Below are positions 46,907-55,580 of a DNA stretch of 59,063 nucleotides, one piece after another. How positions within the stretch are numbered: position 1 is the stretch's first letter; every line of letters begins with the position of its first letter. The notes beneath the pieces were generated by a model, which saw only the letters and a program-made list of their open reading frames with translations, was not told where the DNA came from and did not search any database. The position numbers were made by a program, and so were the translations under genes. Source of the stretch: a virus (Duplodnaviria > Caudoviricetes); the IMG/VR virus record IMGVR_UViG_3300032013_000003, positions 1 to 59,063 of that record, one strand, 5' to 3'.

Positions 46907-48700
46907 ATGACGAACGTCATCTACGACAACACCGCGCTCGATACCGCGCTCTACGCGACGAAGGTCGACGTAAAGCCGGTCACGAACGCGACGCGCCAGG
47001 TCGCCGCTGCGGACCTGAACAGGCTCCGCACCGCGTTTGACGACACCCGCAAGATCATCAACGGGCTCTCGTTCAACGTGATGGTGTACGGGGCGACCGG
47101 CGACGGATCGACCGACGACGCGGCTGCGTTCATCGCTGCGATCGCGGCGGCCCAGACGCAGGTGGCGAGCGGCGCCTACGGCATCTGGGTCGACGTCCCC
47201 AAGGGCGTGTACATCCTCGGGACGAAGCTCGAACTGCCCAACGGCGTCGGTCTGCGCGGAATGGGCCCGACCGCGAGCGTACTGCGCGCCAAGAGCACGT
47301 TCAGCGGAACGAGTCTGGTCACGAACGCGGACCATGCCGGGACGCAGGAGTTTTGCTTCCTCGAAGGCCTGCAGATCGACGGCAACGAGGGCAACGGCGC
47401 GGTGTGCAGCGTTGCGGTCGTCGACCTCGTGTCGCTGTTCATCAACAGCTACATGAACAACTGCGTGGTGCTCGAAGGCTCGAACGTCGGGCTGCGTGTC
47501 GCTGGCGTGAACGGCATGGGGCCGGTGTTTTTTCTCAACAACTGGGTCGTCCGCAACAACGGGCACAACGTCCTCGTCGAGGAGGTCGTCGGCAACACGC
47601 ACGGCCTCAACGGTCTGTACTTCGTCAACCTCGCCAGCGAACACCAGGGCACCAACTCGAGCGCGCTGTACCTGAAGGGCCTCGGTCACAGCCAGCAGTG
47701 GAACTTTCACAACATCCACATCGAGCAGGGCGCGACCGGCGCGACCGGGCGCTCAGCCATCACGATTGACGGCGTCTCGCACGTCCTCATCGACGGCGTC
47801 CAGCTCGAGGCGGATCTCGCGACCGTATCGAACGGAATCGTGATCACGAACGTGGTGCAGAACGTCGGGATCCAGATCCGCGGCGTGACGAACCAGAACC
47901 TGATCAACCCGGTCATCCTGGACCAGAAGAACAGCGTGACCATCGGCGCGGTCAACGTGCCGTACTACTGCACGCCCGACGTCAACTTTCGTGGCGCGCC
48001 GCGCTTCACGCCAGACTCCACGACTGGCGCGAAGTCGATCTCATTCCAGTCTTCGGCGCTCGTCGACCGGGCCTGGTTTGATGACTTGGGCCAGCTGACC
48101 GGTAGTAGCCAGAACGGTGCAGGCCTCGACGTCGTGGGCAGCGAGGCCGTGACCAACGATCGCGCGCTGACGATCGTCAACAACGCCAAGACGCGCGTCT
48201 ACGGCTGGAACTTCCCGGTCGGCGGCGGCGGCGTGTCGCGGTTCCGCTACATCACCGGCGGCGTCGACATCATGCAGTTCGGCACCGACGGCTCGGTGTT
48301 CCACTACCAAGCGGCCACGTTCCAGCTCGCGCCGACGTTCCAGTCCGGGTTCATCAACTCGGCCGGGACGCGCAACACGAACGAGATCACGCCGACACAG
48401 CTGACCGCGAACGTCGACAACTACGCACCGACTGGCTTCTCGACGGCCTACGCGATCATCCTAACGAGCGACGCGTCGCGCGACATCACGGGCTTCGCGT
48501 CGCCGACGACCGGGCGCCGGATCTTCGTCTACAACAACGGCGCGCAAAACATCGTGCTCAAGCACGACGTGACGTCAACGGCCGCGAATCGCATCTTCGG
48601 GCGCGGCGCCGCGGACACGACGCTGACGCCGAAGACCGGGGTGATTCTCTACTACAGCGCCTCGATCACTCGCTGGATCATCGAAGGAGATTCGCTGTGA
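46907..48700 (+). CDS. Tailspike/depolymerase with pectate-lyase-3-like beta helix
   Basis: FNVMVYGATGDGSTDDAAAFIAAI...VPKGVY; Asn-rich beta-helix repeats. Confidence 0.8.
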   Translation: MTNVIYDNTALDTALYATKVDVKPVTNATRQVAAADLNRLRTAFDDTRKIINGLSFNVMVYGATGDGSTDDAAAFIAAIAAAQTQVASGAYGIWVDVPKGVYILGTKLELPNGVGLRGMGPTASVLRAKSTFSGTSLVTNADHAGTQEFCFLEGLQIDGNEGNGAVCSVAVVDLVSLFINSYMNNCVVLEGSNVGLRVAGVNGMGPVFFLNNWVVRNNGHNVLVEEVVGNTHGLNGLYFVNLASEHQGTNSSALYLKGLGHSQQWNFHNIHIEQGATGATGRSAITIDGVSHVLIDGVQLEADLATVSNGIVITNVVQNVGIQIRGVTNQNLINPVILDQKNSVTIGAVNVPYYCTPDVNFRGAPRFTPDSTTGAKSISFQSSALVDRAWFDDLGQLTGSSQNGAGLDVVGSEAVTNDRALTIVNNAKTRVYGWNFPVGGGGVSRFRYITGGVDIMQFGTDGSVFHYQAATFQLAPTFQSGFINSAGTRNTNEITPTQLTANVDNYAPTGFSTAYAIILTSDASRDITGFASPTTGRRIFVYNNGAQNIVLKHDVTSTAANRIFGRGAADTTLTPKTGVILYYSASITRWIIEGDSL

Positions 48701-48764
48701 AGGGAAGCCATGCCCCGTGAGCTTCCTCCCCGCATTCCTGCCTGCCGACCTCGGTGGTGACCCC

Positions 48765-49415
48765 TTGCAGAAATCCCTAGCCGACATCATCTCGATCGTT
48801 CGCTTCCGAGGCGACATGCGGAGCTCTATCCGCTTCCCGGACGCGAACCTGACGACCGAGATCCAGGCGTCGTGGGCCGAGCTGTACCAGCTGATCGCGC
48901 AAACGAATCAGGGCTACTGGGACACGAGCGGGACGATCGACACGACCCCGGCCATCGGCTTCGCGCCGACGCCCAACGGCACCTGGGTCATCCGCAAGGT
49001 CAGCCGGCTCAACGGCACCCTGTACGACCCGATGGATCAAGTCGGCGTCGACGAGATCGACTCGTTCGCGGCGACCGGAAAGCCGCTGTGCTTCCGGCCA
49101 ACCGAGCGCGGCATCGACCTGTACCCGACGCCCGATGCGATCTACACGCTCCGGTTCGTCTACACGCCCGTCGCCCCGCAGCTGGACGAGGCGCGTGAGT
49201 TCTTCAACGGGTGGGAGGAGTTCGTCATCTTCGGCGCACTCATCCGGCTCGCCGCGAACAGCGAGCGCAACATCACGGACTGGGAGCGTCAGCTCGAGAA
49301 GGCGCGCGTAGTCATCACCGGTGGCGCCGCGCAACGCAAGTCGCAGGAGCCGGACTACGTGCCGATCCGCGAGATCTGGCGCGACGAATTCGACCGTGAC
49401 CAGAGGTGGCGCTGA
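48765..49415 (+). CDS. Head-tail adaptor (tubular protein A-like)
   Basis: LYPTPDAIYTLRFVY motif; TTG start chosen from GGTGG RBS. Confidence 0.7.
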   Translation: MQKSLADIISIVRFRGDMRSSIRFPDANLTTEIQASWAELYQLIAQTNQGYWDTSGTIDTTPAIGFAPTPNGTWVIRKVSRLNGTLYDPMDQVGVDEIDSFAATGKPLCFRPTERGIDLYPTPDAIYTLRFVYTPVAPQLDEAREFFNGWEEFVIFGALIRLAANSERNITDWERQLEKARVVITGGAAQRKSQEPDYVPIREIWRDEFDRDQRWR

Positions 49416-49756
49416 TGGCGGGGCGTAGGGCGCAGCGCATTCCGCCGGCGACGTCGCTCGGCCTGTCGGTGGTCGACGATCCGCAGGTCGCGCGCGTGTT
49501 CGAGGAGACCGGAGCGGCGATCGAGCGGCTACAGCGCGCGCGGAACCGCGAGGCGAAGGTCGTGGACCTGATCGTCGGGACGAACAAGGTGCGCCATGGT
49601 CTGGGGCGAGACGCGCTCGGCTACACGCTCGTTGCCACGGTCGCCGACGCGACCTTCGCGCACGCGATGGACATCACGAACCCCCGGCCGGATCTCGAGG
49701 TCTGGATCACCGTCGTCGGCGTCGCACAACCCGACGCGCGAGTGGAGGTTTGGTAG
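49415..49756 (+). CDS. Small virion protein
   Basis: VRHGLGR motif, common in podoviral tail genes. Confidence 0.55.
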   Translation: MAGRRAQRIPPATSLGLSVVDDPQVARVFEETGAAIERLQRARNREAKVVDLIVGTNKVRHGLGRDALGYTLVATVADATFAHAMDITNPRPDLEVWITVVGVAQPDARVEVW

Positions 49757-51073
49757 ATGACGACACTGCCGAACATGGGTCTCACGTTGCCGACGCAGGG
49801 CGCGTCTGGGGCCGGAACGTGGGACGACGCGCTCGACGCCAACTCGGCACTGATCGACGCGCACGACCATTCGCCCGGCAAGGGCACGACGATCAAGACG
49901 AACGGGATCGAGATCAATGCCGATCTGACGTTCGCGTCGCTGTACGCGCCGATCAACCTGCACCGGCTGACCTTCGCGTCGATCGCCGCGCTGACCTCGA
50001 ACAACAAGAGCCTTTTCGTCTCATCGAGCGACAACGAACTCTACTGGCGGTCCAACGCAGGCGCCAACGTGAAGCTGACCAGTGGGTCGCAGCTGAACGT
50101 GGCGGCATTCACCGGTGGCATCGGCGGCGACTACGCTGCCGTCAGCGCACTCGTCGACTTCGACGACGCCACCGACACGTACCGGTTCCGACAGGAGACG
50201 GCAGCGAGCGTCCGGCAGTTCGCCAAGGTCAAGTTCGCGGACATCTCGCTCGTCGAGTACGATCCGAGCGGAGACGCCTCCGTCCCGACGAACTCGATCA
50301 CCATCAAGAGCCCCGACGCGCTCGCCGGCAACTACTCGCTGACGATGCCTGCCGCGCTTCCCGGTTCCACGTCGCTTGTTCAGCTGGACTCGAGCGGCGT
50401 GCTGACCGCGAGCAACACGGTGGCGAATGCGCTGACGCTCTCGAGCGCGCTCGGTGCCGCCGCGGTCACCGCCAGTGGTCTGATCACTGCCAACGCCGGC
50501 GTCACGGTTCCGACTGGTCAGGCGCTCACGGTCAGCGGCACCGGAACGCTCAGCGTGGGCGGCGCCTCTACTCAGGCCGCGGTCACCGCCAGTGGTCTGA
50601 TCACTGCCAACGCCGGCGTCACGGCTGGCGCCAACCAGCATGTAACGGTCAGCGGGACTGGGATCTTCAAACACGGCACCAAGACGCTGTCGATTCACGG
50701 CGTCGCGTTTCAGGGCAGCGTTGGATACAGCTCGACACAGGGTGTCCGCATTTCGTCCGTGGTCGGGGCTACGGTGTTCGCTCCGATCATGCTCCCGGTT
50801 GGTTGCCGGATTCTGGCAGTCCGGGCGTTCATCAGGGACAACTCAACTGGCCCCACCAAATTGCAGATGGGGCTGTTCGCGCTGAACTCCGCCGGAGTGT
50901 CGACGTCGTCCCTGTCGTCGGTGTCGTCTGGCGCCGGCGCCGATCAGACCCTCACGGTGTCGACGTCGACCACTATCGCATCGAGCACCGCGTTTATGAT
51001 TCAGCTGGCGATTACGACCGGCACCGACGAGTGCAGCGGTTACTGCGCGGAGGTCGACTATGACCAGCAGTAG
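49757..51073 (+). CDS. Tail fibre protein
   Basis: IDAHDHSPGKG N-terminal motif; shaft repeats; divergent C-terminal domain. Confidence 0.7.
   Translation: MTTLPNMGLTLPTQGASGAGTWDDALDANSALIDAHDHSPGKGTTIKTNGIEINADLTFASLYAPINLHRLTFASIAALTSNNKSLFVSSSDNELYWRSNAGANVKLTSGSQLNVAAFTGGIGGDYAAVSALVDFDDATDTYRFRQETAASVRQFAKVKFADISLVEYDPSGDASVPTNSITIKSPDALAGNYSLTMPAALPGSTSLVQLDSSGVLTASNTVANALTLSSALGAAAVTASGLITANAGVTVPTGQALTVSGTGTLSVGGASTQAAVTASGLITANAGVTAGANQHVTVSGTGIFKHGTKTLSIHGVAFQGSVGYSSTQGVRISSVVGATVFAPIMLPVGCRILAVRAFIRDNSTGPTKLQMGLFALNSAGVSTSSLSSVSSGAGADQTLTVSTSTTIASSTAFMIQLAITTGTDECSGYCAEVDYDQQ
50459..50624 (+). repeat. Perfect 49-bp direct repeat (50459-50507, 50576-50624) in the tail fibre
   Basis: Encodes AAVTASGLITANAGVT twice. 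Confidence 0.9.
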
Positions 51074-51077
51074 CCTG

Positions 51078-51506
51078 TCACTGCAGAGCTTCGATCATCT
51101 GCTCGCCGCACTCGGACCATGTCGACATGGCACCGGTCCATGCCATGTGCGCATCCCACACCTTCGAGTCGACGAGGACGCGGCGCTCGTCGCTGGGGTC
51201 GGGCAGATAGCTCCAGGCTGGGATCCGTGGTGCCTGACCGCACGCCTCGGCCATGCGCGCTCCGACATCCGCGTAGATGCAGTCGGCCCATCGGGTCACG
51301 TCAACGACCCAGGTCACGTGGGCGTTCCACGTCTTGGTGTCGACTGCGACGCGACTCGGATCGGTGGCGGTCGTGTAGCTCAGACGCGGCATCCAACTGA
51401 CAGGGCCGCATTTGGCGAGCGTGGACATGGCGGCCGGTTCTTGGCTCTCGGGCTGGTCGGTGCATCCGGCGAGCGTCGCGATGGCGGCGAGGACGATCTT
51501 GTTCAT
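51078..51506 (-). CDS. Lipoprotein with two internal repeats, antisense to the tail operon (possible exclusion protein)
   Basis: MNKIVLAAIATLAGC lipobox; duplicated CG...V.VD.K.W.AH..W......W..C domain. Confidence 0.75.
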   Translation of the reverse strand: MNKIVLAAIATLAGCTDQPESQEPAAMSTLAKCGPVSWMPRLSYTTATDPSRVAVDTKTWNAHVTWVVDVTRWADCIYADVGARMAEACGQAPRIPAWSYLPDPSDERRVLVDSKVWDAHMAWTGAMSTWSECGEQMIEALQ

Positions 51507-51567
51507 GCCTCAATCCTGAGCACGGCTCGCCCCGCCCGCAAGCTGAACCCCCGGTCAGAGGTGCCTC

Positions 51568-54500
51568 ATGGCGCTGCGCCCCGCTGAGGTTCACGTCGGG
51601 TTCCGCGGTGGCGTATCTACGCGCGCCGACAGCAAAACCGTGCCTCCGACGCAACTGCTCGTCCTCGAGAACGGCATCTTTTCCCGTGAGACGTCCATCC
51701 GCAAGCGGAACGGCTACGAGTCGCTCGCTTCGGTGATCGACGGCTCGGCGTCCGTTCTGACCGGCGCGATTCGTACAGCCACACGCGACAACGAACTGAT
51801 CGCCTTCACCTCGAACCGGGCCTACTCGCGTCAGACCGGCGCGGACCAGTGGAGCGACACCGGCGCGGTCTACAGCGTCGTCGGCAACGATCGGCCGCTC
51901 GTCAAGACCGGCACGCAGCAGCTGATGCCCGACCACGCGACGCTCGGCGACGTCACCGTTGCGGCATGGGAGGACTCCGCCGGCGGAGTGTGGTGGAGCG
52001 TCGTCGATGCCGTGAGCGGGCGAATCTACCGAGCGGCGACACAGGCTTCGGCCACGGGAATCGCGCCCCGGTGCGTGGCGTGCGGAACGAATCTGCACGT
52101 CTACTACGCGATCGCGGCGAGCAACCGCATCATGGTGCTCGTCGTCAACCCGGCAGCCCCCAGCGCCGCGGTCACCCCGGCGATCCTGACCGACGACCTC
52201 GACGGTGCATCGCCGACCTACGACGCAGCCCCGACCGGTCGCACCGGGACGCCGTCGCTTATCGCTTGGTCTGAGAACGGCTCGACGAACATCCGTATCG
52301 GCTACGTCGATCAGTCCGGTGTGCTCGGCTCGCCAGCGCTCGGCCACCCGTCGGTCCTGACCTTTGCGGCGGTCCGCCTCGCGACGACGCCGGTCGCCTG
52401 CGCGTTCCTGGACGTCGACGGTGGCAACGGAGACACGATCGTCCTGTCCTGGGTCAACGCGACCAGCGACGGCAAGGTGGCAACGTTCACCGGCGGCAGT
52501 GTCTCAGGCGCCGTCGCGATCACCGCGACCACGAGCGCCACCGCCTACGCCTCGACCAGCGTGCAACGGATCGCGCTGGCCGCTCACGCCAGCGGACTGT
52601 CAGTCGCATTCGAGGAAGCGGCAGTGGCCGCGTCGAACCGGTTCGTGGTGGCCAGCGCGGCAACGCTGGCCCTGACGTTCTCGGCGGCAGTCACAATCCG
52701 CTCTGTCGGGCTGGCGTCTCGCGCTTTCGCGGTCGGCACCGACGTGTTCGCCGTGTTCGTGCACGACACCACGTACTTCAACACGTACGTCGCGCTCCGG
52801 CTGTCTGATGCCATCGCGGTCGGGCGCCACGCGCCGGCCGCTGCCGCAGGGGCGCCGACGCGCAAGCATCTGAGCTCGGCGCACGTCGACGGCGACTCCG
52901 TGTCCATCTCCCTTCCATTCCGGGAGCGCCTCGTCTCCGAAAACAACGACAAGTTCCGGGAGACCGGGATCCGGCTATTCACGCTCGACTTCGACAGCGA
53001 AGACTCGCACCAGTACGCGCAGCTCGGCCGCGGGCTCTACCTCGCCGGCGCGTGTCCGCAGCACTACGACGGGCGGCAGTGGACCGAACAAGGCTTCCAC
53101 TTCGGGCCCGAACTGATCGTGACGGTCTCCGCCGGCGGTGGATCGATGACGTCGGCCGTGACGTACCTCTACCGCGCCTGGTACGAGCGAACCGACTTCC
53201 AGGGCGAGGTGCATCGCGGCCCCGTCAGCATCGGCACGCTCGTCACGATGGGCGGCGCCGACACGCAGGTCACGCTGACGCTGCCGACGCTGCGCATCAC
53301 CCAGGGCACGAACACGCGGGTCTGCGTGGCCCGCTCGCTCGCGTCAGACACCGGCGACACCGCCGAACTGTTCCGCGTTACCTCGCTCGACCCGACCACC
53401 GCGGGCACGGCGAACGGCTACGTCGCGAACGATGCGACCGTCGACACCGTGTCGTTCATCGACCGGATGAGCGACGCCACTCTCCGTACCCAGGAGCCGC
53501 TCTACACCAACGGCGGCCTGCTCAGCAACGATCCGTCAGCGCTCGGCGCGGTCGTGTTCCGCGGTCAGTCGCGACTGTTCTTCACCGACCCGTCGAACGG
53601 GCTGAACCTGCGCTACTCGCAGCCGCTCGATGATGGCTACGGCGTCGAGATCCCGCCGGACCTCGTGCTCTCGGTCGACCCGTTCGGCGGCGACATCACG
53701 GCCGGCGCGTTCCAAGACGGGCGCGGCGTGATCTGGAAAGCGGGCTCGATCTTCCTGTTCCAGGGCGACGGGCCCGCGCCGAACGGCGACACCTCGACGG
53801 GTGGCTTCTCGACACCGCAGCTCATCACGAGCGACGTCGGCTGCACCGATCCATCGTCGATCGTCCTGACGCCGAACGGCCACATGTTCAAGTCGGCGAA
53901 GGGCATCTACCTGTTAGCCCGAGACGGCTCCGTTTCGTACGTGGGAGCCCCGGTCGAGGCGTACAACGCCCAGACGGTGCGGCGCGCGACGGTCATGCCG
54001 GACCGCACGCAGATCGTGTTCCTGACCGACAGCGGCCTCTCGCTGCTGTTCGACCACTACCACACGCAGTGGTCGACCTTCACGAACCACGAGGGCCTCG
54101 ACGCCGCAGTGGTCAACGGCCGGTATCACTACCTGCGCACCGATGGCCGCGTGTTCCGCGAGACGCCGGGGGTCTACCTCGACGACAACGCGCGGATCCG
54201 CCTGCGGCTCGAGACGGCCTGGATCCATATGCTGCCGCAGCTGCAGGGCTTTCAACGCTTTTGGCACCTCCACCTCCTCGGTACGTGGGTCTCGCCGCAT
54301 CAGCTGGGCATCCAGTACCAGACCGACTACACGCCGGGCTGGACGGACAGCTACTGGTACGACGCGACGGGGCTCACCGACGACACCGGTTGGATCACCG
54401 GCGGCAACGCGGCGCCCATCGGCGTCGAGCCGATCGTTGGGTCGCCCTACGGTGATGGGAACTACGGCGACGGCCAGTACGGCGGCTCGGCGTCGGGACC

Positions 54501-54672
54501 GTACCAGTGGCGACTCCACCTCGACGAGGCCGGCCAGTCGATTCAGTTCCGCTTCGAGGACTTCGAGGCGGAGACCTACGCAGGGGCGTCGTTCGAGCTC
54601 ACGGAAATGCTTTTGACCGGCGGGGTCAAGGCGCACGCGATCAAGCCGTTCACGACTGGAAGGAGTCTGTAA
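51568..54672 (+). CDS. Tail nozzle/tubular protein B-like
   Basis: 1034 aa; KRNGY, DVGC...S, FKSAKGIYLL and QGFQR motifs of podoviral stabilisation proteins. Confidence 0.8.
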   Translation: MALRPAEVHVGFRGGVSTRADSKTVPPTQLLVLENGIFSRETSIRKRNGYESLASVIDGSASVLTGAIRTATRDNELIAFTSNRAYSRQTGADQWSDTGAVYSVVGNDRPLVKTGTQQLMPDHATLGDVTVAAWEDSAGGVWWSVVDAVSGRIYRAATQASATGIAPRCVACGTNLHVYYAIAASNRIMVLVVNPAAPSAAVTPAILTDDLDGASPTYDAAPTGRTGTPSLIAWSENGSTNIRIGYVDQSGVLGSPALGHPSVLTFAAVRLATTPVACAFLDVDGGNGDTIVLSWVNATSDGKVATFTGGSVSGAVAITATTSATAYASTSVQRIALAAHASGLSVAFEEAAVAASNRFVVASAATLALTFSAAVTIRSVGLASRAFAVGTDVFAVFVHDTTYFNTYVALRLSDAIAVGRHAPAAAAGAPTRKHLSSAHVDGDSVSISLPFRERLVSENNDKFRETGIRLFTLDFDSEDSHQYAQLGRGLYLAGACPQHYDGRQWTEQGFHFGPELIVTVSAGGGSMTSAVTYLYRAWYERTDFQGEVHRGPVSIGTLVTMGGADTQVTLTLPTLRITQGTNTRVCVARSLASDTGDTAELFRVTSLDPTTAGTANGYVANDATVDTVSFIDRMSDATLRTQEPLYTNGGLLSNDPSALGAVVFRGQSRLFFTDPSNGLNLRYSQPLDDGYGVEIPPDLVLSVDPFGGDITAGAFQDGRGVIWKAGSIFLFQGDGPAPNGDTSTGGFSTPQLITSDVGCTDPSSIVLTPNGHMFKSAKGIYLLARDGSVSYVGAPVEAYNAQTVRRATVMPDRTQIVFLTDSGLSLLFDHYHTQWSTFTNHEGLDAAVVNGRYHYLRTDGRVFRETPGVYLDDNARIRLRLETAWIHMLPQLQGFQRFWHLHLLGTWVSPHQLGIQYQTDYTPGWTDSYWYDATGLTDDTGWITGGNAAPIGVEPIVGSPYGDGNYGDGQYGGSASGPYQWRLHLDEAGQSIQFRFEDFEAETYAGASFELTEMLLTGGVKAHAIKPFTTGRSL

Positions 54673-55574
54673 TGGGATTCTGGGGAAGCGTCCGGAACTA
54701 CCTCGTGGGCGGCGACGCCCAGAAGCAGATCGATACCAGGCTCGGTGGCTACGACCAGACCACGTCGCAGCTCGGTCAGATCGCGACGAATGCCCCAGGG
54801 CGCGCGGCCCCGACTGCGACGGCAGTGCAGGCAGGCCGGACACAGCTGGGCGCGCCGGCGCAGCTCGCGACCGGACAGATGGACCAGTCGCGCGGCGGGA
54901 TGCTCGGCGTTGCCAGCCAGCTCGGCGGCATCGCGAGCGGGCAGCGGGCGGGCGCCGGCGAGCTCGCCGTGAACCGCCAGGTCGGACAGGCAAACGCTGC
55001 GCAGCAGGCCGCAGCAAGGATGGCGCGCGGCGCAAACGCGGCGCTCGCCTACCGCAACTCGGCGCGCAACAGCGCAGACATCGGGCTGCAGGGCGCGGGG
55101 CTCGCGGCACAGGCGCAGATGCAGGACCAGCAGGGCGCAATGTCGCAACTCGGGCAGGTGTACGGCTCGATGTACGGCCAGGATGCGAACGTCGCGGGCC
55201 AGAACGCTCAGCTGGGCCAGCAGGCGATGCTGCAGCAGGGGGCGATGGACCAGCAGACGATGCTCGCCAACGCGCAAGCGGGCAACACGGTCGCGCTGGC
55301 GAACCTGCAGGCGCAGCTCGCCCAGACCGGGATGAACGACCAGCAGCAGCTGGCAGCGCTCGGGCAGATGCTCGGCTGGGATCAGGCGACGCTGCAGGCG
55401 CAGATCGCCAAGGCACAGGTCTCGGCCGGAGACAAGGGAATCCTCCCGGGACTACTCCAGGCAGGCGGCCAGATCGGCGCAGCAGCGGCCACCGGCGGCA
55501 TGTCGGCGGCAGTCCCGAAGGCCCCGGCTGCACCGCCCGGGGGTGGTCTCAGCGGAAACGACTGGGGGCCGTAA
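54672..55574 (+). CDS. Internal virion/ejection protein (Gln/Ala/Gly-rich)
   Basis: Composition and position after nozzle. Confidence 0.65.
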   Translation: MGFWGSVRNYLVGGDAQKQIDTRLGGYDQTTSQLGQIATNAPGRAAPTATAVQAGRTQLGAPAQLATGQMDQSRGGMLGVASQLGGIASGQRAGAGELAVNRQVGQANAAQQAAARMARGANAALAYRNSARNSADIGLQGAGLAAQAQMQDQQGAMSQLGQVYGSMYGQDANVAGQNAQLGQQAMLQQGAMDQQTMLANAQAGNTVALANLQAQLAQTGMNDQQQLAALGQMLGWDQATLQAQIAKAQVSAGDKGILPGLLQAGGQIGAAAATGGMSAAVPKAPAAPPGGGLSGNDWGP

Positions 55575-55580
55575 CGAGCC

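Noticed and set aside
44494-47719. Long antisense ORFs (609 and 533 aa; also 24228..25886, 53914..55533, 55827..57617)
   Set aside because: Shadow ORFs expected opposite high-GC3 genes; no motifs
50459-50624. Diversity-generating retroelement TR/VR pair
   Set aside because: Copies are identical with no adenine-specific mismatches, and no reverse transcriptase is recognisable
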